64,000 nucleotides of DNA from Capsulimonadaceae bacterium (GTDB lineage Bacteria; Armatimonadota; Armatimonadia; Armatimonadales; Capsulimonadaceae): the NCBI GenBank assembly GCA_965215505.1, contig OZ244065.1:2720001-2784000 (forward strand), read 5' to 3'. The position numbers and the translations under genes are program-made. The notes under the pieces were generated by a model. That model ran no database searches, was not told the DNA's origin, and worked only from the letters and a program-made list of their open reading frames with translations. Shown piece after piece: positions 9,622 through 19,546 of the stretch (its first letter is position 1; every line of letters starts with the position of its first letter).

Positions 9622-10355
9622 AGCACGTTCCTCAAAATCGCCTGTAACCTCTCGTAATCGTTCGCCATAAGCTTCGCCAGTGTTTGCCCCGCGCGCAGCA
9701 GGAACGCCTGATCGTCCGGGTGCGACTCGCGCGCCTGCCGCAAGCAGGCCGCCGCCAATTCATCGGACGGTACACCCGCCAGCGCGCCGCCCGAGGGCAG
9801 AAGGATAGACCGCAGAAACGACAGGTCTTCAGTCAAAGCCATCGTTTCACCCGGCGTACACGGGTAGACCCGGCTGTGGATGCGCGGCGGCAGGGGCGGC
9901 AAATGCCGGCGCAGCGGCTTGTCGCCGCCCTCGCTGTAGGCGATCAGCAGGCCCGAGAACTCCGTCCGCAGCAGCTCGAATATCTGGGGCTGCCGCTTTC
10001 GCATTTCTTCCTCGTCCTCGAACCCCAGCGCGGAGGGACGCCGGTTCGGCTCCAAGGAGGCCGTGTTCGCGCCGTAGACCAGGGCGTAGACGGCGGGGGC
10101 CAGCCCCGCCCCCATACTCCTCGACCGTGGCGCGGGATCGTCAAACGGCAGCGCGAACGGGTCATCCTCTTCCTCTAACGCGGCAAACGTCGCGGGCGTC
10201 TCCGCCACGGGCGAGGGCCTGCCGATCTTGACGAACGAGCCGAAGGGCGGCGGGTCGTAGAGGCGCGGGACGATCTCGCGCGGCACTTCCAAGCACTGCG
10301 CGATGAAAGCGGTCGTCCCCACCTCGATGACTTCGCCGATGGGCTTGTCGGTCAC
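9618..10355 (-). CDS. HAS-barrel domain protein
   Basis: IGEVIEVGTTAFIAQC, PPPFGSFVK, PQIFELLRTEF, LPPLPPRIHSRVY and DYERLQAIL motifs. Confidence 0.75.
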   Translation of the reverse strand: MTDKPIGEVIEVGTTAFIAQCLEVPREIVPRLYDPPPFGSFVKIGRPSPVAETPATFAALEEEDDPFALPFDDPAPRSRSMGAGLAPAVYALVYGANTASLEPNRRPSALGFEDEEEMRKRQPQIFELLRTEFSGLLIAYSEGGDKPLRRHLPPLPPRIHSRVYPCTPGETMALTEDLSFLRSILLPSGGALAGVPSDELAAACLRQARESHPDDQAFLLRAGQTLAKLMANDYERLQAILRNVL

Positions 10356-12343
10356 TTCGCGGCCTCGATTTTCAGGTCGCTGAACTGGGCGAAGTTCCAG
10401 CCGCTCCCCAGACCGACCAGTCCGGCAGAATAGGCGGTGTCATTAACCGTGCAGACGGTCTTGCCGTCCACGATCCCCGTCACGACCGGGCCACGGAAGG
10501 TCAAGCCCAGGGTGTGCCACTGGTTCGCGGAGAAGGGCGTGGTTCCCTGGGCGATCACGGTCTTGAAGCTCTTCAGCACCCACGCGCCGCTGTCCTGGAC
10601 CCGCAGCGTGTAGCCGGGCGGGTCATCGCGGTTGTCGTTGGGGATGGGGTTGATGCGCCCGTGGATCGAGACCGCCCCCGCATCCTCGATGTAGACAGCG
10701 GCGCTGGCCGAGTAGTCTTTCCAGTCGCCCGACCCCAGGAACGTCAGCGGCACGAAGGAGCCGCCCCAGCCGCTGGCGGACTTCGTCGCCGCCTGCCGCA
10801 GACACTCCCCGGTCCCGACGGCCTTGGGCGCGATCTCGAAGGCCCCCTCATAGTCGTAATGGTAGCGGGCCTGCGCGCCCAGTTTATACCCCTGGTAATC
10901 ATCGGCATAGGGCAGTGCCAGGGAGGCATCGGGCGGCGCATCAGGATAGCTGCCCTTGCGCTGGCCGCGCGTCGTGGTGATCGAATAGATGGTATTGGGG
11001 TCCAGCGTCAGCGTGAACGCGCCCGCGACGGGCTTGATGTCGCCCGCGTGAACGAACTGCGCCGCCACCGTGCTTTTCCAGACGTGCAGGACGCCCGGCG
11101 ACAGCCCGTGGACGGCCTGGAAGCGGACCGTCTGCGGGCCAGACGCCGCCTGGGTTTCGGCGATCATGCTGTAATCGCCGCCGCGCGGCGACGCCATGGT
11201 CGTGAAGGTGCCGCCGCCCGGCAGGGGGCCGCTGCCGCCGCCGTCCAGGAAACGCCAGCCGGGCTGGACGAACTGGTTGACGTGCGCGTAGCCCCAGACC
11301 ACCGGCAGCACCTCGTAGTGGCCACTCCAGGGCGAGATCGCCCGGATCATGCCGACATCGGGGTAGGACGAAACGGGGTAGTAGGACCAGACCAGGTTCC
11401 AGACCATGTCTTTGGTGATCTTGGTCCTGATGTAGTTGGTGTTGAAGGCGTTGACCAGCGAGATCTCCGCCTTGAACCCGAGCGGCCCGTGCTGATCGCC
11501 GGGGAAGTAGTTGTGCAGCTCGGTGTCCCACAGCGGCTTGCCGGTCTTCAGGATCGCCTCCGAAGCGACGGCGGGGTTTTCCGACCAGGTGACGTGGCCG
11601 GCGTAGACGTTGATGGAGCGGGCCAGGGCGGGGTCGGTCAGCGACTCCTGGGCGCTGTTCAGCCACGGCTGCCCCCAGTCGTCCGAGGCGACGAGTTGGA
11701 CGGACGACAGACCGGCGGCGTCCAGGGCCTCGCGGAACCCGATGTACCAGGACTTGTTGTAGCCCCGCTCGTTCTTGCCGCCGACGCTGACGATGTCCAG
11801 GTTGTGGTACTTCTTGGCCCCCTGGATGAACTTGATGTAGTAGTCCATCATGTCGGGCGACCAGAAGTTGCCGTTGCCGACCCAGCCGGGCGCACCCCAG
11901 GCCAGGCAGTCCAGCGTGATGCGCGGGTCACGCGCCTTCGCCTGTTCCATCAGCCACCACTCGAAGCCGCGGTTATAGTTCTCGTCGCCCCGCACATGCA
12001 TGTGGCTCGGCTCGGAGCCTTCGGTGGAGTTGACATCCCCGCCCACCTCCACCTTGAGTTCGTTCAGCGACGCCCCGAACTGCGGCTTGAACAGATAGTC
12101 GAGGATCTGTTTCCTCTGCGATTCGGGATAGTCCGGCAGCAGCCGGCTCGTGTTCCCCCCGCCGCTGACCGCGCCGAAGCCCTCAAAGGCCCGCCCGGCA
12201 GCGGCCCCGTCCAGCGTGATTGTCAGGGGCGTAGCCGCCGGGGCAGTCTGCGCGCTTGCGGGCAGCGCGGCCATGCCGAGTGTCAGGGCGGCGAAGGCCG
12301 CCGCACAAAGGTGTTTCGATAGGGAGTTAGTGTATGTTTTCAT
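10352..12343 (-). CDS. secreted GH59 galactosylceramidase-like glycosidase
   Basis: signal peptide from ATG 12343; SRLL.DYPE, LKVEVGGD.NST.GSEPSHM and RGFEWWLM motifs; NE acid/base; C-terminal lectin-like domain. Confidence 0.9.
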   Translation of the reverse strand: MKTYTNSLSKHLCAAAFAALTLGMAALPASAQTAPAATPLTITLDGAAAGRAFEGFGAVSGGGNTSRLLPDYPESQRKQILDYLFKPQFGASLNELKVEVGGDVNSTEGSEPSHMHVRGDENYNRGFEWWLMEQAKARDPRITLDCLAWGAPGWVGNGNFWSPDMMDYYIKFIQGAKKYHNLDIVSVGGKNERGYNKSWYIGFREALDAAGLSSVQLVASDDWGQPWLNSAQESLTDPALARSINVYAGHVTWSENPAVASEAILKTGKPLWDTELHNYFPGDQHGPLGFKAEISLVNAFNTNYIRTKITKDMVWNLVWSYYPVSSYPDVGMIRAISPWSGHYEVLPVVWGYAHVNQFVQPGWRFLDGGGSGPLPGGGTFTTMASPRGGDYSMIAETQAASGPQTVRFQAVHGLSPGVLHVWKSTVAAQFVHAGDIKPVAGAFTLTLDPNTIYSITTTRGQRKGSYPDAPPDASLALPYADDYQGYKLGAQARYHYDYEGAFEIAPKAVGTGECLRQAATKSASGWGGSFVPLTFLGSGDWKDYSASAAVYIEDAGAVSIHGRINPIPNDNRDDPPGYTLRVQDSGAWVLKSFKTVIAQGTTPFSANQWHTLGLTFRGPVVTGIVDGKTVCTVNDTAYSAGLVGLGSGWNFAQFSDLKIEAAK

Positions 12344-12957
12344 TGAGTCTTTGCCATGAATAAGTTCGCGAGAAGCATGATCAGTGTCCAACCGGAACAC
12401 ACAAAGAACAGCAGAAGAACGGTATAGAACACATAGCGGGTCGTTCTTTTCGTCTGATTGGCACGGTACGCCGTGCGGGCTTCTTTGTCCTCCTCCGTCT
12501 CTTTCCAGAAGTCCTCGTCCCCCGTCCACTCAGTGGGTGCGATGTGTCTGGGCTTGCCCCGCTTCAGACGTGGCAGAACCGCCGGCCGCTGCCATTGGTC
12601 CGGTGCCTGCCACCCCCGCCCCACCTCCACCAGTCTTAGCTCGGCGCGCTGAAGTTGGATTGCGGCCAGTCGGTTCTCTTCTTCCGCTAAACCGATTTGC
12701 GCCTGTTCCTGCGCCAGCAAGCGTTCCTCTTCCAGCCGCCGCGCCCGGACTTCGACCAGGAGCCGCTGGACCTCCTCGACGGGGATGTCCAGGCCCTCGG
12801 CCACGTCCGGTACGGCGGGATGGTCGGTCAGGCCCGTCTGCTCGACGCGCTCCCGCTGCCACAGGTCAATGACGGCACGGGACTCGTCCGCCGTCAGGCG
12901 CTGCGCCCGGAGCTGGGATTGAGGCGGGAGGTTCGGGTTGTCGTGTCGCAGGCCCAT
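12340..12957 (-). CDS. hypothetical protein with coiled coil and C-terminal TM helix
   Basis: TATAAC-N7-ATG; DVAEGLDIPVEEVQRLL helix; hydrophobic C-terminus; ATGA overlap with GH59. Confidence 0.65.
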   Translation of the reverse strand: MGLRHDNPNLPPQSQLRAQRLTADESRAVIDLWQRERVEQTGLTDHPAVPDVAEGLDIPVEEVQRLLVEVRARRLEEERLLAQEQAQIGLAEEENRLAAIQLQRAELRLVEVGRGWQAPDQWQRPAVLPRLKRGKPRHIAPTEWTGDEDFWKETEEDKEARTAYRANQTKRTTRYVFYTVLLLFFVCSGWTLIMLLANLFMAKTQ

Positions 12958-13089
12958 TGCCATTGTTATACCCGATGGAGGCAGGCGACGAGTCCAGGGG
13001 GCGTCATATGGACATCAGACCAGGGCATTAATACGGGAGGGCGGGGGGACCCCGCCCTCCTCCCGATTTCCGCCCTCCTTATCCCCGTC

Positions 13090-14520
13090 CTACCCCGGCG
13101 TCCGCGCCGCTGGATACCGGAACCGCACCTCGCCCGGAGCCGCCTTGTCGCCCGGCTTGCCGCCATCGTACTTGCCTTCCGGCCCGGCGCTGTAGACGAC
13201 AAACCCGTCCGCGCCCTCCCGCCGGTACAGGAGCGGCTTGCTGGTATAGGGGTCAACGAACGGCATGGGGAGCGCCTCCGGGAACGTCCCCGCCTTCGCC
13301 CGCGCGGCCATAACAGCCGCGCCGGCCAGTGTCACCTCCTCTTGTGTGACCCGGCGCGTCTCGTTCCCCTCGACTTTGGTGAACGTGGGCAGGACGGTAT
13401 CCGGGAGCAGGGTCAAGACAGTCGGGTGCGCGGCGTCCGAGGCGGCGGCATCCTGTTCAAACGCCTGACGGCGCGGGATGGGCGTCAGGTCGGACGCGGC
13501 GATGAGAAAACGCATTCGGGTGAGGATGATCGCCTCGCTCTCGTCCAGCCAGTCCTGCGTCAAGCGGCGTTCGGCGGGCGTGCCCGGCGTCAGCCGCTTC
13601 AGTGAGGGGTCGTTCGCGTTGACGAGGAGCCGCGCCATGCCCGGCAGGCCGTCTTTCTTTAAGCCTTCGCGCATCTTGCGAAAGGCGACCGTCGGGACGG
13701 CGATCTCTCCGGTCAAGGCGTAGCGCAGGGACAGGCGCGGGCGGACGGGTCCGAGCGCCTGACGCACCGCCTCGGCCACGGCGGCGTCCGGCCCGGCCTG
13801 GTCCAGAAGGGCGCGCATCCCGTTGAGCGTGATCGCCTCGCAGGCGTTGCCGACGAGGTAGCTGAGGAGGATGGGGTCGGACGCAGCGTGTTCGGCGACA
13901 CGCAGGCCGCGTGCCTGGTTCCTGACCGCCTCCACATACTTCCCCTGCGCGGCCAGCAGGAACGTCTCGGTTTGTACCAGCCGCGCGGCCTCGCGCATCC
14001 TCTGGAACTCAGGGAACAGGACGCCGTAGCCCCGTGACCAATCGCGCGTCCAGACGCACTGGGGCCGGTCCGTCGCCTGGTGCAGCAGCCCCCAGACGTC
14101 TGGGCGGCTGTCATAGACCTTTTGCACGGCGGCGATCTGCTCGGGCGTGTAGGTGTGGTCCCCCGTCAGCGGCTGGGCGTAGACCGGCAGGTCCACGGGC
14201 CTGTCGCGGAGCAGTTGGAACAGCTTCGTGTACAGCGGCGCGGCGTTCGACTCCTCCGGCGGCAGCGGCCTTTGCAGGCGGGCGGGGTCGAGCGAGAAGC
14301 CGTCTTTCGCGACTTCGGCCCGCGCCCGCGCGAGGTCGGCGGGTCCGGACATGATCTGCCGACGCAGGGCAACGCTGCGCGGGTCGGTCGCGGTTTCCAG
14401 TCTGTGCAGCACGCCCATCGGGTCGCGCCCGATCTGTTCGGCCGTCTGGGCATGGGCGGTGCCGGTCAGCGTGAGGAGGGCAAAGGCCGCCAGCGGCCGG
14501 CAGCATTTTATAGGTGACAT
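13090..14520 (-). CDS. secreted hypothetical protein, paralogue family A copy 1
   Basis: signal peptide; NAAPLY, DRPQC and DPYT.KPL.YRREG.DGFVVYS.G..G..DGG motifs shared with 20318 and 21960. Confidence 0.85.
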   Translation of the reverse strand: MSPIKCCRPLAAFALLTLTGTAHAQTAEQIGRDPMGVLHRLETATDPRSVALRRQIMSGPADLARARAEVAKDGFSLDPARLQRPLPPEESNAAPLYTKLFQLLRDRPVDLPVYAQPLTGDHTYTPEQIAAVQKVYDSRPDVWGLLHQATDRPQCVWTRDWSRGYGVLFPEFQRMREAARLVQTETFLLAAQGKYVEAVRNQARGLRVAEHAASDPILLSYLVGNACEAITLNGMRALLDQAGPDAAVAEAVRQALGPVRPRLSLRYALTGEIAVPTVAFRKMREGLKKDGLPGMARLLVNANDPSLKRLTPGTPAERRLTQDWLDESEAIILTRMRFLIAASDLTPIPRRQAFEQDAAASDAAHPTVLTLLPDTVLPTFTKVEGNETRRVTQEEVTLAGAAVMAARAKAGTFPEALPMPFVDPYTSKPLLYRREGADGFVVYSAGPEGKYDGGKPGDKAAPGEVRFRYPAARTPG

Positions 14521-14586
14521 GGGGCGGATTCCTTCCGGGCTGTTCGTCAGGAACTATAACGCGCCGGACAGCGGAAAGGGTGCGCC

Positions 14587-14632
14587 TTGACAAACAACAA
14601 AATAAATGGCATTATACTTTATAATACAAAGT
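14587..14632 (+). promoter_or_regulatory. AT-rich promoter with palindromic operator
   Basis: TTGACA at 14587; TATACT and TATAAT candidates; ACTTT-N7-AAAGT at 14616-14632. Confidence 0.6.
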
Positions 14633-14659
14633 TCTTTGCAAAACCTAGAAGGAGATGCC

Positions 14660-16093
14660 ATGAAAGTCAAGATGATCCTGCCGGCGCTCACCGAGGCCAT
14701 CAGCCCGTTCTGGAGGCCCATCAAATACTCCCTCTTCCCGCCGCTGGGGCTGGCGACTCTGGCCGCCTACTGCGACGGGGACGAAGTGACGCTCCAGGAT
14801 GAACACGTCGAGGTTCTTGACCTCGATGACAGCCCGGACCTGGTGGTCATTCAGGTCTACATCACGTCCGCGCGCCGCGCCTACGAGATCGCCGACCTGT
14901 ACCGCCGTCGCGGGGCCTACGTCGCGCTCGGCGGGCTGCACGTCACCTCCCTCCCCGACGAGGCCGCCGCCCACGCCGACAGCATCTTCCTGGGGCCGGG
15001 CGAGGACATCTGGCCCGCCTTCCTCGCCGACCTGCGCCAAGGCCGCCCGCAGCCGCGCTACGAGTCCCGCGTCCGCACCCTGGTGGGAGCGCCCCCGGTC
15101 CGGCGCGACCTGATCAAGCGCAGCCTCTACCTCGTCCCCAACTCCATCGTCGTCTCCCGAGGCTGCCCGCACACCTGCGACTTCTGCTACAAGGAGGCTT
15201 TCTACCAGGGCGGGAAGTCGTTCTACACGCAGGGGGTGGACGACGCCCTGGCCGAGATCGCCCGCCTGCCGGGGCGGCACCTTTACTTCCTCGACGATCA
15301 CCTGTTCGGCCACCCCCGGTTCGCGTCGGCGCTGTTTGACGGGATGCGCGGGATGGAGCGGCTGTGGCAGGCGGCCGGCACGGTCAACTCCATCCTGAAG
15401 CCGGGGCTGCTGGAAAAGGCCGTCGAGTCCGGGCTTCGCAGCCTCTTCGTCGGCTTTGAAACCCTCAGCCAGACGAACCTGCGCGAGTCGCACAAGTTCC
15501 AGAACTTGAACCGCGATTACGCGCAGGCGATCCGCCGACTCCAGGACTGCGGCGTGATCATCAACGGCAGCTTCGTGTTCGGAATGGACGATGACGACGA
15601 AGGCGTGTTCGACCGGACCGTGGACTGGGCCGTGGCGCAGGGGATCGAGACGGCGACGTTCCACATTCTCACCCCCTATCCGGGGACGGGCCTGCACCAG
15701 CGGATCGCCGCCGAGGGGCGCATCCGCACGGAGGACTGGGATCTTTATGACACCCGGCACGCGGTCTTCGAGCCGGCGAAGATGTCGCGCGAGGCGCTCG
15801 AAGCCGGCTACTGGCGGGCCTACCGCGACTTCTACCGGTGGGGGGCGATCTTCCGGGGGGCGTCGGCCCACGACACGGCGGCGGGTCGCCTGCGCCACCT
15901 CGCCTATTCGGCGGGCTGGAAGAAGTTCGAGCCGCTGTGGGACGCGATTATCCGGGCCAAGCGGGCGTCCGCGATGCTGCCCGGCCTGGAGGCGATCCTG
16001 CACGGGTTCGGCCTGCGGATGCCGCGCCCGGCCCTGCCCGCCGACGCCGCCGGAGGAACGGGGGTAAAGACGGAGGCGAAGGCAGCAGGTTGA
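14660..16093 (+). CDS. B12-binding-domain radical SAM protein
   Basis: PPLGLATLAA, GGLH and RGCPHTCDFC (CxxxCxxC) motifs; AAGGAG RBS. Confidence 0.93.
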   Translation: MKVKMILPALTEAISPFWRPIKYSLFPPLGLATLAAYCDGDEVTLQDEHVEVLDLDDSPDLVVIQVYITSARRAYEIADLYRRRGAYVALGGLHVTSLPDEAAAHADSIFLGPGEDIWPAFLADLRQGRPQPRYESRVRTLVGAPPVRRDLIKRSLYLVPNSIVVSRGCPHTCDFCYKEAFYQGGKSFYTQGVDDALAEIARLPGRHLYFLDDHLFGHPRFASALFDGMRGMERLWQAAGTVNSILKPGLLEKAVESGLRSLFVGFETLSQTNLRESHKFQNLNRDYAQAIRRLQDCGVIINGSFVFGMDDDDEGVFDRTVDWAVAQGIETATFHILTPYPGTGLHQRIAAEGRIRTEDWDLYDTRHAVFEPAKMSREALEAGYWRAYRDFYRWGAIFRGASAHDTAAGRLRHLAYSAGWKKFEPLWDAIIRAKRASAMLPGLEAILHGFGLRMPRPALPADAAGGTGVKTEAKAAG

Positions 16094-16119
16094 CTTTACG
16101 CGCGGCGACTGGCTACAAT
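16090..16119 (+). promoter_or_regulatory. sigma70-type promoter for dus
   Basis: TTGACT-N18-TACAAT, with ATG 9 nt downstream. Confidence 0.6.
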
Positions 16120-16128
16120 GAGTCCATC

Positions 16129-17139
16129 ATGGACTCCATTCCGGCCCCACTCACGCTTTACCTTGACGTGCCCGCGCTCCTCCTGGCCCCCATGCAGGGC
16201 CTAACCGATGCCCCCATGCGGGCCTTCCAGGGCGAGTCGGGCGCGTTCACCTTCGCCGTCTCCGAATTCCTGCGGGTCAACGCCGACATCCCCCCGCCCA
16301 AGGTGTTCCGCCGCCACGTCCCCGAGCTGTCGGAGGGCGCGCGGACGCGGAGCGGGATGCCCGTCCAGGTGCAGCTTTTGGGCGGCGATGCGGGCCGCAT
16401 GGCCGAGTCGGCGGCGGCGGCCTGCGCGGCGGGGGCGCAGGCCATAGACATCAACTTCGGCTGCCCCGCCCCGACGGTCAACCGCCACGACGGAGGGGCC
16501 ACCCTGCTGAAGCACCCCAAGCGCATCCGCGAGATCGTCGGGGCCGTCCGCGCCGCCCTCCCCGCCGATGTCCCCGTCTCGGCCAAGCTGCGGCTTGGCT
16601 GGGACTCCTCCGACGTGGTGCTGGAAAACGCCGACATGGCGGCGGAGGGCGGCGCGGCCTGGCTGACGATCCACGGGCGGACACGCGCCCAGGGCTACAC
16701 CCCGCCCGCCTACTGGGGGCCGATCGGGGCGGTCCGCGCCCGGCTCGGCATCCCGGTCGTCGCCAACGGCGACCTCTGGACGGCCGCCGACCTGCGCCGC
16801 TGCCGCGAGGAGACCGGCTGCGTCCACTTCATGCTGGGGCGCGGGGCCTTGGCCGATCCGCGCCTGCCCTGCGCGGCGGCGCGCGTCCTCGGGCTGGCCC
16901 CCGGCGACCCGGACGAGTCCGCCGGGGCGGGAGCCTTCTCCGACTGGCTCCCGCCCCTGCGCCGGTTGGTGGCCCTGACGGAGATGCTGGAAGGCGGCCT
17001 GACCCCGCAGATGGTCTGCCGCCTGAAGCAGTGGCTGAACATCGCCCGCCACCGGGGGACGTTCACCGCCTTCGACGCGGTCAAGCGGACGCGGACGCTG
17101 GAAGAATTCTTCGAGGCGCTGTGCGGGAACCCGGCTTAA
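16129..17139 (+). CDS. tRNA-dihydrouridine synthase (DusC-like)
   Basis: LAPMQG, IDINFGCP, KLRLG, IHGRT, ANGD and MLGRGA motifs. Confidence 0.92.
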   Translation: MDSIPAPLTLYLDVPALLLAPMQGLTDAPMRAFQGESGAFTFAVSEFLRVNADIPPPKVFRRHVPELSEGARTRSGMPVQVQLLGGDAGRMAESAAAACAAGAQAIDINFGCPAPTVNRHDGGATLLKHPKRIREIVGAVRAALPADVPVSAKLRLGWDSSDVVLENADMAAEGGAAWLTIHGRTRAQGYTPPAYWGPIGAVRARLGIPVVANGDLWTAADLRRCREETGCVHFMLGRGALADPRLPCAAARVLGLAPGDPDESAGAGAFSDWLPPLRRLVALTEMLEGGLTPQMVCRLKQWLNIARHRGTFTAFDAVKRTRTLEEFFEALCGNPA

Positions 17140-17235
17140 CCGGAAGGGCGAACGCGGATCAAGGAGGGCGCACCCCCGTGTGCGCCCTCCTCTTCCTTCT
17201 TGGTCTTCCTGACTATCCTCCTTGCCTGCGCTTCC

Positions 17236-18297
17236 CTACAGCACCACCTCCCGCTTTGTCTCCGCGCTCCGGTACAGGCCGTCCAGAATCGCCATCACGT
17301 CAAGCGACTGCTCGGCGGGGACGGGGGACGGGCGGCCCTCCGCGATGGCTTGGGCGAAGACTTTGCACTCCTCGGCGTGCGCCTCCAGGCCGTGGGGCTT
17401 CATCAGCAGCGACGTGTTGAGCTGCTGCTGCTGCTTGTTGTCGCCCATGAAGAACTCATTGGACGGCCAATGCGACCCGCCCTTGTCGCCGTAGAGCCAC
17501 ATCTGCATGTCCTCGCCGGTCGTCTTGTGGTGCAGCAGCCACGACACCTCCAGCACCAGGGTCGCCCCGTTCTCGAAGCGGACCATCGCCGCCGCGAAGT
17601 CCTCCACGTCCGCGTCCTCGCTTGGGATCGCCCCGCCCCAGACACTCCACGCGCCCGGCTGGTGCAGCAGCTTGTCCTGCGTCACGCCCGAGACCGTGAC
17701 CGGCTTGGGGTTGCCCATCATCCACAGTGTGAGGTCTAAAATATGGACCCCGATGTCGATGCACGGCCCGCCGCCGCTGTGCTGCTTTTGCAGGAAGCTG
17801 TCGCGGGTCGGGCAGAGCTGGCGGCGCAGCATCCACGACCGCGCGTGGTAGATGTCGCCCAGAGCGCCCGTCTCGATGTGGGCCTTCAGGGCACGCCCCT
17901 CGGGCGTGAACCGGAAGTGCTGGGCGGTCATCAGAGTCTTGCCGCTCTTGTCGCGGGCGGCGATCATGTCCCGGATGTTCTGCGGCGTCGGGGCCAGCGG
18001 CTTCTCGCAGAGGACGTGCTTGCCGTGTTCCAGCGCCGCGATGGTCAGGGGCGTGTGGTACATGTTGGGTGTGCAGATGTCCACGATGTCGATGTCCGGG
18101 TTTTTGAACAGTTCCCACGAGTCCTCGTAGCGGAGGGCTGGGTCAATGCCGTGCAGATCGCCGAGCCGGTGTAGGGCCTCGGGGGCGATGTCTCCCATGG
18201 CGTAAAGTTCGGCGTGGGGGCTGTCCTTCCAGCCGGGGAAGTGCGTCGCGGCGATGCCGCCGACGCCGATGACGGCGACTTTCAGTGTCTTGGTCAT
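17236..18297 (-). CDS. Gfo/Idh/MocA family oxidoreductase
   Basis: VIGVGGIA, HVLCEKP and GGGPCIDIGVH motifs. Confidence 0.93.
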   Translation of the reverse strand: MTKTLKVAVIGVGGIAATHFPGWKDSPHAELYAMGDIAPEALHRLGDLHGIDPALRYEDSWELFKNPDIDIVDICTPNMYHTPLTIAALEHGKHVLCEKPLAPTPQNIRDMIAARDKSGKTLMTAQHFRFTPEGRALKAHIETGALGDIYHARSWMLRRQLCPTRDSFLQKQHSGGGPCIDIGVHILDLTLWMMGNPKPVTVSGVTQDKLLHQPGAWSVWGGAIPSEDADVEDFAAAMVRFENGATLVLEVSWLLHHKTTGEDMQMWLYGDKGGSHWPSNEFFMGDNKQQQQLNTSLLMKPHGLEAHAEECKVFAQAIAEGRPSPVPAEQSLDVMAILDGLYRSAETKREVVL

Positions 18298-18358
18298 GGA
18301 ACGGGTGTCCTTTAGGGTGGTCTGCCTGCCTGTTCGCGGCGGTGGGGGCGGAGTCCTC

Positions 18359-19522
18359 CTAATGCGCGGCGAGCGCCGCCCCGATGGCCTTTTCCAGTGC
18401 GAGCGTGGGGCCGTCATAACCGGCGATACCGGCGGAGACCTTGCCGTCCCTGCCGATGACGTACTGGACCGGGAGGCTGCTCACCTGGTACAGCGTGGCC
18501 GCCACGTCTTTCCCCGGCGGCGACGTATCCACAGCGAAGCGGAGCGCGTCGTACTGCGGGTGCCGATGCAGCCACGCCCGAAACGAGTCTTTGCTGTCCA
18601 TGACGTTGACGGCCAGCACGACCACGCCTTTGTCTTTGAACTCAGCCGCCACGGAGTTGGCGTGCGCCATGCCCCGCACGCACGGCGGGCACCAGGTCGC
18701 CCAGAAGTCAAGTACGACCACTTTGCCGTGGAAATCCGACAGCCGGAGCGGGGTCCCGTTCCGGTCTTCCGCGCGGAAATCCGGGGCTACGGCACCCGCC
18801 GGGAGCGGCAGTTTGGGGATGATCCGCCGCGCCTCTTTGGGAGGGGCGTAGGCGAATTCGGCGGCCCGCATCGGCGCGTTCAGATTGATGTTCTTCAGGG
18901 CCGCCTCGAACATCCTCGGCGTGCCGTCCGGGTTGGGGATGTAGAAGGTGCCGACCTGCCGGTGGATCAAATCATCCTGACCCACATATAGCCAGGCCGT
19001 GTAGCGGATGCCGTCCTCATTGAAGTCGTGCCGGAGGACCTGGTAACCCTGTCCGTCCCAGACACGCCTGCCGTCGTACTTGAGCGTGGCGGCATCCATG
19101 TCGCCGCTCTTGAGTCCCTGCTCCAGCCCGAAGAAGGATTGAACGGGGGTTGCAGCCGGCCCATCAATCATGCCGCCACCGGCCGGGTCCGCCGGATCGG
19201 CCCGGTACTCGCTCTTGCTGCTGTCCGGGAAACGCCACAGGGTCTTGCCGTCCGAGGCGACTGAGGTGAGCGCGGCCCCCGTGTGGGCATCTTTAGTGAC
19301 AATGCGAACGTAGTTCGGCTTCATCAGGCGCACCGTGGCCGCGACGGGCTTGCCGTCCGTGTCAATCCCGGTCAGGTCGGCGGTCATGGTCCGGGCGCTT
19401 CCGGTGGCCGCCGCCACCTTGAGCAGCAGGGCCTCTACCCTGGGGTCCGCCTGCGCCGTGCCCGCAGTCACCGTCATCAGGACGGCGACGCAGACCGATA
19501 AAAGCAGCCGCGATCTGTTCAT
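18359..19522 (-). CDS. secreted LolA-like domain fused to TlpA/redoxin thiol-disulfide oxidoreductase
   Basis: signal peptide; N-terminal beta-rich domain (MKPNYVRI, ASDGKTLW); C-terminal LDFWATWCPPC. Confidence 0.85.
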   Translation of the reverse strand: MNRSRLLLSVCVAVLMTVTAGTAQADPRVEALLLKVAAATGSARTMTADLTGIDTDGKPVAATVRLMKPNYVRIVTKDAHTGAALTSVASDGKTLWRFPDSSKSEYRADPADPAGGGMIDGPAATPVQSFFGLEQGLKSGDMDAATLKYDGRRVWDGQGYQVLRHDFNEDGIRYTAWLYVGQDDLIHRQVGTFYIPNPDGTPRMFEAALKNINLNAPMRAAEFAYAPPKEARRIIPKLPLPAGAVAPDFRAEDRNGTPLRLSDFHGKVVVLDFWATWCPPCVRGMAHANSVAAEFKDKGVVVLAVNVMDSKDSFRAWLHRHPQYDALRFAVDTSPPGKDVAATLYQVSSLPVQYVIGRDGKVSAGIAGYDGPTLALEKAIGAALAAH

Positions 19523-19546
19523 GGTCTTCTCCTCCAGGATCTGGTT

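Noticed and set aside
14521-14659. Cobalamin riboswitch upstream of the B12 radical SAM gene
   Set aside because: Leader too short after the promoter and no B12-box or GGGAA core
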